A stretch of DNA of 36,597 nt from Nemertoderma westbladi (taxonomy: Eukaryota > Animalia > Xenacoelomorpha). A program made the position numbers and the translations under genes. Location: positions 1-36,597 of the forward strand of contig JAUCBJ010002145.1 in assembly GCA_032718475.1 (NCBI GenBank). The letters are read 5' to 3'. Below, piece by piece: positions 10,714 through 21,034 of the stretch. A model generated the notes under the pieces. That model was given only the letters and a program-made list of their open reading frames with translations. It did not search any database and had not been told where the DNA came from. Position 1 is the stretch's first letter; every line of letters begins with the position of its first letter.

Positions 10714-12887
10714 TCTATATATATAAATATCCTCTGTCTGTCTGTGAGTCTGTGAGTCTATGAGTCTGTGAGTCTGTCCAAGCTATACGCTCCGACACAC
10801 ATGCACCAATCTGAGCAAATGATACATCGATCGAAAGCTCTCGTCCTGAGCACGTAAACTATCGCAATCTCGAGGCTAATTTTACGCGTTTGCTTGCGTG
10901 AATGCGTATTTTGTGTTCGTTCGGGCGAAATGTATCTAATTATTTCGGTTCTTCTATCGGTAATTAATTATTTAGAGGGGTAACATTTATCCCATCTGGT
11001 ATAAAATTAACATGAGTAGATTCGCCGTGTCCCATTCTCACAAAGTATTTATTTTATTCGAGTGTTTAATATAAATATGTATGATTATTTATTGATTAAA
11101 AATCAAATAGTGTATAAATATGTCATATTCGCCAAGCACGATCGAATTGGCCTATTCTTAGTGCTGTAGTGAATAGGGAAGGATTTTTTTCTGTATCATA
11201 GCAACGTTAAGGTAATTATTGAAATCGCAGCTAGCTGGCTGGGCACAGATAAGGAGCAAGCAGGCTGGAGTGTTGATTGGGGTGGGTTTGGGTTGTCTGT
11301 TGCGAATTGCTCAAGAGTAATTCTGCTTTCTCAATCATTGGCTGCATGGAAGGAGAGGTTTATAACATTTTTGTTTTACTGTTATGAATATTAAAAGTAA
11401 AATAATTATTTATGTAGGCCTATACTTACTGTATTATTATTTTATCTAATATTATACATCTAATCTCGATGAAATCTCGCTTACTATAGCTCGTTAGATA
11501 GGTCTCGCCCTAACTCGTTGCAACGTAATACTCAGAGCCGTCTGAAGTTACCCCATCTGCCGCTAGAGGGCGAATTGTCCGATAGTGAAAACCTGATCTC
11601 ATTGGGTTGTTTTTAATGCTTTTGAGCTGAAACTTGGTAGCTATATACTGCAGCATAGGCTGTATATTTCCGGAGTCACTGAGTTGTCCACAGTTCCCCA
11701 GTCTACCGTTAGAGGGCTAAATGTCTGAGAGTTAACATCTTCTCCAACTTTGTTATTCGCGCAGAGTTGTCTACATTACCCGCGTCTGCCGCTAGAGGGC
11801 GAAATGTATGAAAGTTAACATCTCCTCCAACTTTGTTATTTACAATCCTTTTAGACTGAAACTTGGTAGGCATCTACTATAGCATAGGCTATATCTTTGC
11901 GGAGTAGTAGAGTCGTCTACAGTTCCACAGTCAGCCGCTAGAGGGCGAATTGTCTGAAAGTTAACATCTTCTCCAACTTTGTTATTTACTAACGGTTTAG
12001 ACTGAAACTTGGTATGCATCTACTACAGCATAGGCTGTACCTTTACGGAGTTACAGAGTTGTATACAGTCCCCCCCATCTGCCGCTAGAGGGCGACATAT
12101 CTGATAGTGAACACCTCATCCCATTTGGTTCTTTTTAATCATTTTGAGCTGAAACTTGGTTGGTATCTACTACATCATAGGCTGTATCTTTACGGGGTTG
12201 CAGAATCTTATTCACTTCCCCAGTCTACCGCTAGAGGGTGAAATGTCTGAAAGTTAACATCTTCTCCAACTTTGTTATTTACTAACGGTTTAGACTGAAA
12301 CTTGGTAGGCATCTACTACAGCATAGGCTGTACCTTTACGGAGTCACAGAGTTGTATACAGTCCCCCCATCTGCCGCTAGAGGGCGACATATCTGATAGT
12401 GAACACCTCATCCCATTTGGTTCTTTTTAATCCTATTGAGCTGGAACTTGGCAGGAATCTACTACAGCATATTCTGTATCTTTACGGAGTCCCAGAGTCG
12501 TCCACAGTTCTTCAGTCTACCGCTAGAGGGTGAAATGTCTGAATGTGAACATCTACATCAATTTTGTTATTTACAATCTGTTTAAGCTGAAACTTGAAAG
12601 GCAGGCATTTTACTTCACCATAAACCCCATCTTTACCAAACTGCAGCGCCGTCTGCATTTCACCAGTCCGCAGGTAGAGGGTGGATCTGAAAGTGATCAT
12701 TTTCTGGAAATTTTGTTATTTACAATCTGCCTAAAGTTGAAACTTGACAGTTATCTCTTATGGGGGTGGTGTTTTATTTAATGATGGTGTCTGTTCCGTA
12801 TGCAGTTCTCAAATCTCCCACACATATTCATATATCATCTGCACGTGCACTAGAAAGCTGTGGCCCGAAGGGCCACAGGCTTTCTAG
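10714..12887 (+). mobile_element. Non-autonomous Helitron copy 3 (2174 bp)
   Basis: Near-identical to copy 2 except for a deletion of about 64 bp near 11757. Ends CTAG followed by T at 12888, as expected for Helitron insertion at an A|T site. Confidence 0.85.
11464..12745 (+). repeat. 146-bp tandem array (about 9 units, one partly deleted) inside Helitron copy 3
   Basis: Anchor motif at about 11560, 11706, 11789, 11935, 12082, 12228, 12374 and 12520. Confidence 0.93.
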
Positions 12888-12891
12888 TAAC

Positions 12892-13185
12892 TGTATAAAG
12901 ATCGTCAGTCTGCGTTTAGGAAAAATATTTTATGACAAAACAGGACAAGCGACGAGTGCAACGAGGCATATAATGAAGACGAGTACTGCGTTGACTAAAT
13001 TATTATATAAACCACCTGGCTTCACATATTGATCGCATCCCTAGTTATTATTATTATAAAGATCGTCCTAGCCTGCGTTTAAGAAATATATTTAAATACA
13101 AAAGAGGACGAACGCAAAGAGGCTTATAATGAAAACGAGTACTGCGTTTATTATATTCCTATAAACCACCTGGCTTTGCATATTT
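12892..13185. repeat. Degenerate tandem duplication (about 160 bp x2)
   Basis: The pattern tataaagatcgtc...ctgcgttta...tataatgaa.acgagtactgcgtt...tataaaccacctggctt occurs twice. Confidence 0.8.
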
Positions 13186-13638
13186 AACGTGCGATTGGAA
13201 ATAAGTTCGTGCTACCCTTCCGTGGGTGGTAGATGTCGCGGTTATGTATTGGTGGTTGGGAAGGGTGGAGGGGGGGGGGGGGGAGATTAAAAGGGGTGAA
13301 CACGTACTGTCCCCCTTTCTTTGATTGATTGGTGGTGTGGGTAAATTTCTCAAAACCTGATTTTGTGATACAGTCGCTCAATTTTAATTTGTATATAATA
13401 ACTAGGCCTCGTGCTGCGCGAAGGCCCCACGAACGTGTAACTAACCACAAGGCAGGTAGAGAGATTGGCCAGCTAGATAACGAGATGGAAACCTGAATTC
13501 CCTACCTCCTATTACACTGTAGGGTCCATTATTGTGTTGTTGCTTTCGTCTCAGGTAATAGATTTAATAGGTCTAATTTTATTTATTTGTGTAGAATTAT
13601 TTGTAATTAGGCACTTAAACGTTCTAGAACAACCTAAT

Positions 13639-13797
13639 AATGACGCGTGACATACTGGATGTAAACTGGAAATACATATTAAATGTATGGCGTAGGGACA
13701 TACTGAGAAATAATGTCGCACTGCGATATAAAGTTAGAAAATATGTCGCCCTGGCGATTTGGTAGTGCGAAATTAATTCCATACAAATAAATAAAAA
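13639..13797 (+). repeat. Dispersed repeat, copy A (copy B at about 16195-16340)
   Basis: The two copies share aatgacgcg...actggaaatacata...atactgagaaataatgtcgcactgcga...gatttggtagtgcg.aattaattccatacaaataaataaaa. Confidence 0.85.
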
Positions 13798-14304
13798 GGG
13801 ATATGAATTTCATCAATATTCCTGGACATCACTACTATTAAAATGATTAATTAATTAAGTTAAGCGTTCGGAACCTCATGTTCCATGATGAGAGAGGGAG
13901 AGGATAGCCTATGACTTTCTTGAGAGTCCTCTTACTAAGGTGAAGATGCGGATGATCTCGCGGAAGTCATGGAGTTGTGGCCGCGCATTTTTGTCGATAA
14001 GCCGGCATAGCATTTTAATGCACAATTGTGGATTGCATGGATTTGCTTATATAGGCTCTCGTACTGGGCGAAGGCCCCACAACGTGTTCTGTTTGCGTGG
14101 TGATTCCTTTATAGTAAACGGAACATTACTTAAGAAGAGAAATAAAGACCATATTATCTTATCTCTTATTTGAAAAACACAAGAAATGTAAATTTGCAGG
14201 CACCATTTTTTCTTGCTTTTAAAACACTTTGACTTTACCATGAAAAACACTAATTGAAGCGCACGTCCTTTATGGCATAACCGCGTTACGATATGAAAAT
14301 ATTT

Positions 14305-14919
14305 AGGCTAGAGTTCCGAATGCAGTCGCATTTGATATTTTGTTATTAATTACTGAAATTATGTACTTTTTGCATAGTAATATCAAATAATAAATAAATA
14401 AATATTGTGTTCTAGAACATTAGCTAATCGACTAGCTAGTAATTTTTCAAAACCTGATTGATTATTATATATAAACATTTTTTTTTAATTTCTAAAAATA
14501 CTGCAAGTAGAAAATTAGTAGATATGTTTTGTATGGTAGCTAGTGTTTTTTTACTAGCTAGTTTTTTTTGTAATTATAAATAATGTGAAGTCATTGATAT
14601 TTCAGGATTAAACTAATGCAGAATATATTAATGAACAAAAATATTGATGATATTATAGCAGTATACGGTACATTTTTTGCATGGTAACAATGATTTTATG
14701 TTCAGTATTATAAAAATTCAGTTTTATTTTAAATTACCGGTACTAGCCATTTTAAATTTGAAAAATTACTAGCTATATGTTCTAGAAAATTATATTTTTT
14801 ATTTTATTTATGTTCTGGAACAGTGTATAATAATTATAGTTTGTTCTAGAACTCTGCAATGTTGCCATGGTAACAATGATTTATGTTATAAAAATGCGAC
14901 TGCATACGGAACTGTTCCC
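14305..14919. mobile_element. MITE / foldback element of about 615 bp
   Basis: Terminal inverted repeats agttccgaatgcagtcgcattt (14312) and aaatgcgactgcatacggaact (about 14892-14913). There are internal inverted repeats (tagctagtaatttttcaaa / tttgaaaaattactagcta), and aatattt occurs on both flanks. Confidence 0.75.
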
Positions 14920-15338
14920 AATATTTATGTTCAGAGGGAGCGTAACGAGATAAGTTTACATAAATAAGCGAGGCTCTTTTACGCTGAATGGACGGACCCC
15001 TTTCTTATAATGATGTAATTTTGCTACATTATGTGAGTCTGTTATCTTGGTTTTGTACACACGTAATAACATTAATATTGTATTGTTTGGTGAAATTTAA
15101 TTTGAAAAACACCAAGTGGAGAAAATTAACTTCCAAGGATCGCTAAAAATCTATGACAGTAGGCGTACTACTATACCAGTGGTATACTACCGTAATGTAA
15201 TTTGTATAACAAGAAATAATAACTATATACGTCATTGTTCATAAAATAGTACTTTATAGCGTTACGGCATGAATGATTTTGTATCACAAAACGAGGGCCG
15301 TACATAACTCTTTACATACCGGTACTTGTGTGAAATTT

Positions 15339-15440
15339 ATTATATAATATATATATATAATATATAATAATATATAAATATATATAATATATAATAATAT
15401 ATAAATATATATAATATATAATTATATTATTAATATTATT
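15339..15440. repeat. Pure A/T low-complexity (TA)n-like tract
   Basis: About 100 bp made of only A and T. Confidence 0.9.
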
Positions 15441-16019
15441 TGACCTTCTGACAGTAAGATGGTAGCTAGTACTTTTGATTTTGTGTTAGCTAGTACTTTT
15501 TATTAGCTAGTGAAAAAAATTTAAGATATAAGTTAATTTTCAATTATATTATACATTCACCTGGAATAATTTATGAGTCATGGTACAGTAGCTAGTAATT
15601 TTTATTTGATAGTCAAAGTAGGTCTAGCTAGTAATTATTTACTAGAATTTACTAGATTTCCAGAATGCATTATTTCCATTTATATAAATGCGAGCTGCTT
15701 AATTATCCAGTTTGCAGTGACGGGACAAGCTACTGTATGTAAATAATTGTTTAACGTGTACTGTAATCCATTATCTCGAAACGTCCAATAGAAGACACTA
15801 AAATGACCAAAGAAAATGGCGACAGTGTTCAGTAAAACTGAACGGACACAGACGGTGACTAAGATTGCTTCAGTTGACTATAGTGAAGATGGATTAATGA
15901 TTTATCACATCCATGCAGGAGATAACTTACAATAAACCTTAATTAGATTTAAATGTATTAAATAAATGAGTATCCATAAAATCCTTTCTTCACATACCGA
16001 ACGCTGATAAGTTGACAAA

Positions 16020-16190
16020 ATGTAACAAAATTACATACAACATTATGTACAAAGCAAAGGTCACTTTTCAGCGTTAAGACCCTTGTTTATTTATGTAAAC
16101 CTCCCTCGCTGCGCTCGCTCGGTACATAAATAAACGTAACGCTGCAAAGTGCTACTTTGCACACAATGATGTAAATAGTTGTGATTATAT
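16020..16190 (-). mobile_element. Palindromic non-autonomous element (same family as 30260-30860, opposite orientation)
   Basis: Imperfect foldback centred on ctcgctgcgctcg (tttatttatgta...tacataaataaa; cacttttcagcgtt...aacgctgcaaagtg). The arm actatttacat..ttgtgtg.aaagtagcacttt.cag is shared with about 30267-30305. Confidence 0.65.
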
Positions 16191-16194
16191 TTAG

Positions 16195-16340
16195 AATGAC
16201 GCGGTGATATACTGGAAATACATAGTAAATGTATGGCTTAGGGAAATACTGAGAAATAATGTCGCACTGCGACATTATTTAGAAAATATGTCGCCATGGG
16301 ATTTGGTAGTGCGGAATTAATTCCATACAAATAAATAAAA
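16195..16340 (+). repeat. Dispersed repeat, copy B (copy A at 13639-13797)
   Basis: Direct sequence similarity to copy A. Confidence 0.85.
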
Positions 16341-16452
16341 GTGTATAACTACCGGTGCTGACAATGTTGTTTCAAATTTATATCTATTCTGGAATAAATG
16401 TCATCTATGGTGTTTATAATACTTATTGATTGCATTCTGAAAATGTAAATTT

Positions 16453-17519
16453 GCGAGATACCGACCCAGCAGTCCTCCAGGCTCCCGCTGGAGGGTTACT
16501 AATGCGTGATACCGACCCAGCAGTCCTCCAGGCTCCCGCTAGAGGGTGACTAATGCGTGATACCGACCCAGCAGTCCTCCAGGCTCCCGCTGGAGGGTGA
16601 CTAATGCGTGATACCGACCCAGCAGTCCTCCAGGCTCCCGCTGGAGGGTGACTAATGCGTGATACCGACCCAGCAGTCCTCCAGGCTCCCGCTGGAGGGT
16701 GACTAATGCGTGATACCGACCCAGCAGTCCTCCAGGCTCCCGCTGGAGGGTGACTAATGCGTGATACCGACCCAGCAGTCCTCCAGGCTCCCGCTAGAGG
16801 GTGACTAATGCGTGATACCGACCCAGCAGTCCTCCAGGCTCCCGCTGGAGGGTGACTAATGCGTGATACCGACCCAGCAGTCCTCCAGGCTCCCGCTAGA
16901 GGGTGACTAATGCGTGATACCGACCCAGCAGTCCTCCAGGCTCCCGCTAGAGGGTGACTAATGCGTGATACCGACCCAGCAGTCCTCCAGGCTCCCGCTG
17001 GAGGGTGACTAATGCGTGATACCGACCCAGCAGTCCTCCAGGCTCCCGCTAGAGGGTGACTAATGCGTGATACCGACCCAGCAGTCCTCCAGGCTCCCGC
17101 TGGAGGGTGACTACGGCGTGATACCGACCCAGCAGTCCTCCAGGCTCCCGCTGGAGGGTGACTAATGCGTGATACCGACCCAGCAGTCCTCCAGGCTCCC
17201 GCTAGAGGGTGACTAATGCGTGATACCGACCCAGCAGTCCTCCAGGCTCCCGCTGGAGGGTGACTAATGCGTGATACCGACCCAGCAGTCCTCCAGGCTC
17301 CCGCTAGAGGGTGACTAATGCGTGATACCGACCCAGCAGTCCTCCAGGCTCCCGCTAGAGGGTGACTAATGCGTGATACCGACCCAGCAGTCCTCCAGGC
17401 TCCCGCTGGAGGGTGACTAATGCGTGATACCGACCCAGCAGTCCTCCAGGCTCCCGCTGGAGGGTGACTAATGCGTGATACCGACCCAGCAGTCCTCCAG
17501 GCACCCCCTAGAGGGTGCC
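16453..17519. repeat. 51-bp GC-rich minisatellite, about 21 copies
   Basis: Unit gataccgacccagcagtcctccaggctcccgct(a/g)gagggtgactaatgcgt, with essentially one A/G variable site. Confidence 0.98.
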
Positions 17520-17654
17520 TGACGGTTGAAATAGTTCGCCCGTATGATAAGCGAATGAACGTGGAAGTATTTACCAATGCGCCACTTTTTAAACTGTTGT
17601 AGGCGAAAGTTCTCATCATGTTTGGTTAATAAAAATACATTTGGTTTATCTCAG

Positions 17655-17787
17655 GGCCCTCAATGGCACCAGAAGTTGAGCACCTACCAGGAAGGTCTCC
17701 AACACCTCCTCTATCAACCCAACACCCTGTGTTTGTTGCACCACCACAAAGAAATCAACGCCTCATGCATTCCAATATATATTTAAA
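17655..17787 (+). CDS. PBRM1: Polybromo-1 (BAF180), third-from-last coding exon
   Basis: Bounded by tctcag| and |gtaagt. Encodes PSMAPEVEHLPGRSPTPPLSTQHPVFVAPPQRNQRLMHSNIYLK, matching the recalled vertebrate PBRM1 segment PMFVAPPPKTQRLLHSEAYLK. Confidence 0.88.
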
Positions 17788-17852
17788 GTAAGTTTATAAA
17801 ACTAATTAGCTTGTCGTTATAGTAACTATCTAATCGCTATAGTAATTGGCTA

Positions 17853-17958
17853 TGCTACCAACTGGCTTATCTCACCGTTATATTGGACCCACCGGCGGTG
17901 CTACCAACTGGCTTATCTCACCGTTATATTGGACCCACCGGCGGTGCTACAAACTGGC
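17853..17958. repeat. 46-bp tandem duplication (2.3 copies) in the short PBRM1 intron
   Basis: The unit tgctaccaactggcttatctcaccgttatattggacccaccggcgg starts at 17853 and 17899, with a partial copy at 17945. Confidence 0.95.
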
Positions 17959-18015
17959 AGTGAGGAGGCTATACCTTCAGAGGTTTTATCAAATTATAAT
18001 CTTTAACAATTACAG

Positions 18016-18152
18016 ATACATTGAAGGTCTAACACCGGAGAGTCGTTCAGTGAGCAACTGGAGGAGACAGTTAGCAGCTAATCAGGATAATACGTCGATA
18101 AACCACGAGCAAATAGGAAAGCTGCCAGCTCATTGGCTACCTCATGATATAG
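18016..18152 (+). CDS. PBRM1: Polybromo-1, penultimate coding exon
   Basis: Bounded by ttacag| and AG|gtaagt, and phase-compatible with the previous exon (AA|A = Lys). Encodes YIEGLTPESRSVSNWRRQLAANQDNTSINHEQIGKLPAHWLPHDI, versus recalled human YIEGLSAESNSISKWDQTLAA...EQESRLPSHWL. Confidence 0.9.
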
Positions 18153-20558
18153 GTAAGTTAACAACAGCAAATGGGAAAGCTGCCAGCTCATTGGCTACCT
18201 CATGATATAGGTAAGTTAACAACAGCAAATGGGAAAGCTGCCAGCTCATTGGCTACCTCCTGATATAGGTAAGTTAGCAACAGCAAATAGGAAAGCTGCC
18301 AGCTCATTGGCTACCTCCTGATATAGGTAAGTTAACAACAGCAAATGGGAAAGCTGCCAGCTCATTGGCTACCTCATGATATAGGTAAGTTAGCAACAGC
18401 AAATAGGAAAGCTGCCAGCTCATTGGATACCTCCTGATATAGGTAAGTTAGCAACAGCAAATAGGAAAGCTGCCAGCTCATTGGCTACCTCCTGATATAG
18501 GTAAGTTAGCAACAGCAAATAGGAAAGCTGCCAGCTCATTGGCTACCTCCTGATATAGGTAAGTTAACAACAGCAAATAGGAAAGCTGCCAGCTCATTGG
18601 ATATCTCCTGATATAGGTAAGTTAGCAACAGCAAATAGGAAAGCTGCCAGCTCATTGGATATCTCCTGATATAGGTAAGTTAACAATAGCAAATGGGAAA
18701 GCTGCCAGCTCATTGGCTACCTCCTGATATAGGTAAGTTAACAACAGCAAATGGGAAAGCTGCCAGCTCATTGGCTACCTCCTGATATAGGTAAGTTAGC
18801 AACAGCAAATAGGAAAGCTGCCAGCTCATTGGCTACCTCCTGATATAGGTAAGTTAACAACAGCAAATAGGAAAGCTGCCAGCTCATTGGATACCTCCTG
18901 ATATAGGTAAGTTAGCAACAGCAAATAGGAAAGCTGCCAGCTCATTGGCTACCTCCTGATATAGGTAAGTTAACAACAGCAAATAGGAAAGCTGCCAGCT
19001 CATTGGATATCTCCTGATATAGGTAAGTTAACAATAGCAAATGGGAAAGCTGCCAGCTCATTGGCTACCTCCTGATATAGGTAAGTTAACAACAGCAAAT
19101 GGGAAAGCTGCCAGCTCATTGGCTACCTCCTGATATAGGTAAGTTAGCAACAGCAAATAGGAAAGCTGCCAGCTCATTGGCTACCTCCTGATATAGGTAA
19201 GTTAACAACAGCAAATAGGAAAGCTGCCAGCTCATTGGATACCTCCTGATATAGGTAAGTTAGCAACAGCAAATAGGAAAGCTGCCAGCTCATTGGCTAC
19301 GTCCTGATATAGGTAAGTTAACAATAGCAAATGGGAAAGCTGCCAGCTCATTGGCTACCTCCTGATATAGGTAAGTTAACAACAGCAAATGGGAAAGCTG
19401 CCAGCTCATTGGCTACCTCATGATATAGGTAAGTTAACAACAGCAAATGGGAAAGCTGCCAGCTCATTGGCTACCTCCTGATATAGGTAAGTTAGCAACA
19501 GCAAATAGGAAAGCTGCCAGCTCATTGGCTACCTCCTGATATAGGTAAGTTAACAACAGCAAATGGGAAAGCTGCCAGCTCATTGGCTACCTCATGATAT
19601 AGGTAAGTTAGCAACAGCAAATAGGAAAGCTGCCAGCTCATTGGATACCTCCTGATATAGGTAAGTTAGCAACAGCAAATAGGAAAGCTGCCAGCTCATT
19701 GGCTACCTCCTGATATAGGTAAGTTAGCAACAGCAAATAGGAAAGCTGCCAGCTCATTGGCTACCTCCTGATATAGGTAAGTTAACAACAGCAAATAGGA
19801 AAGCTGCCAGCTCATTGGATATCTCCTGATATAGGTAAGTTAGCAACAGCAAATAGGAAAGCTGCCAGCTCATTGGATACCTCCTGATATAGGTAAGTTA
19901 GCAACAGCAAATAGGAAAGCTGCCAGCTCATTGGCTACGTCCTGATATAGGTAAGTTAACAATAGCAAATGGGAAAGCTGCCAGCTCATTGGCTACCTCC
20001 TGATATAGGTAAGTTAACAACAGCAAATGGGAAAGCTGCCAGCTCATTGGCTACCTCCTGATATAGGTAAGTTAACAATAGCAAATAGGAAAGCTGCCAG
20101 CTCATTGGCTACCTCCTGATATAGGTAAGTTAACTACAACAAATAGGAAAGCTGCCAGCTCATTGGATACCTCCTGACATAGGTAAGTTAGCAACAGCAA
20201 ATAGGAAAGCTGCCAGCTCATTGGATATCTCCTGACATAGGTAAGTTATCAACAGCAAATAGGAAAACTGCCAGCTCATTGGATATCTCCTGATATAGGT
20301 AAGTTAACAATAGCAAATAGGAAACCTGCCAGCTCATTGGATATCTCCTGATATAGGTAAGTTAGCAACAGCAAATAGGAAAGCTGCCAGCTCATTGGAT
20401 ACCTCCTGACATAGGTAAGTTATCAACAGCAAATGGGAAAGCTGCCAGCTCATTGGATACCTCCTGACATAGGTAAGTTATCAACAGCAAATAGGAAAGC
20501 TGCCAGCTCATTGGATATCTCCTGACATAGGTAAGTTATCAACAGCAAATAGGAAAGC
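18108..20558 (+). repeat. 58-bp satellite, about 42 copies, derived from the PBRM1 exon/intron junction
   Basis: Unit agcaaataggaaagctgccagctcattggctacctcctgatataggtaagttaacaac. The first GT is at 18153 and the last at 20531, exactly 41 x 58 apart. Confidence 0.97.
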
Positions 20559-21034
20559 GGCCTACATTGACAGGGCTACCTTGATATTGGAGCACCTTTT
20601 TGGTATACGAGCATCTTTTTGTTGTAAACAGTGTTATTTGTGCTATAATAAGCAATATTTATATTTAATGCTTCGTTTACAGAGAGTAATTGTCAATTAT
20701 CTTTCATATTAGTTATGTGGACCCATATTATTTATATGCACTGCGCTGAACTAAGGGTCTAATGTCCTGTAGACAGAAGAAAATCGGAAAGATTTACACT
20801 CCACAAAACACAAATTATTGTTATAATAATAATTAGTTAATTGTTTAAAAACAACGAGTAAATGACAAACATACCATGCTACATAAGTTGCTTTGTTTTA
20901 GTCCACATGCATTTCATCACTTAACAACATAAAAAAGTCTAAACAATATTTACAAACGTTTAATACAATAAATTACTGAATTAGTGAATTTAAACAAAAT
21001 CGACGACATATTGCTTTCTGTTACATGGCGACGT

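Noticed and set aside
6732-12781. Recurrent short ORFs (MPTKFQSKRIVNNKVGEDV..., MITFRSTLYLRTGEM...)
   Set aside because: They are translations of the 146-bp repeat and Helitron body, and frames are not preserved between monomers.
13878-14010. Coding-looking patch (…EDADDLAEVMELWPRIFVDKPA)
   Set aside because: It is short, interrupted by stops or frameshift, and shows no recognisable homology. It does not fit as an upstream PBRM1 exon.
16423-17619. 398-aa ORF of 17-aa repeats
   Set aside because: It is a by-product of a stop-free 51-bp (3n) minisatellite, antisense within a PBRM1 intron. There is no other coding evidence.
18153-18167. 15-nt GT-AG micro-introns in each 58-bp unit
   Set aside because: These are far below normal animal intron size, and removing them still leaves an in-frame TGA in the following 43 nt.
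17846-18205. 119-aa ORF as a standalone gene
   Set aside because: It is the PBRM1 penultimate exon read through its flanking intron sequence.
20590-20630. Possible poly(A) remnant or TSD of an IFT172 retrocopy
   Set aside because: Only 6-nt T runs are present in AT-rich DNA and no flanking direct repeat was found, so retroposition remains an inference.
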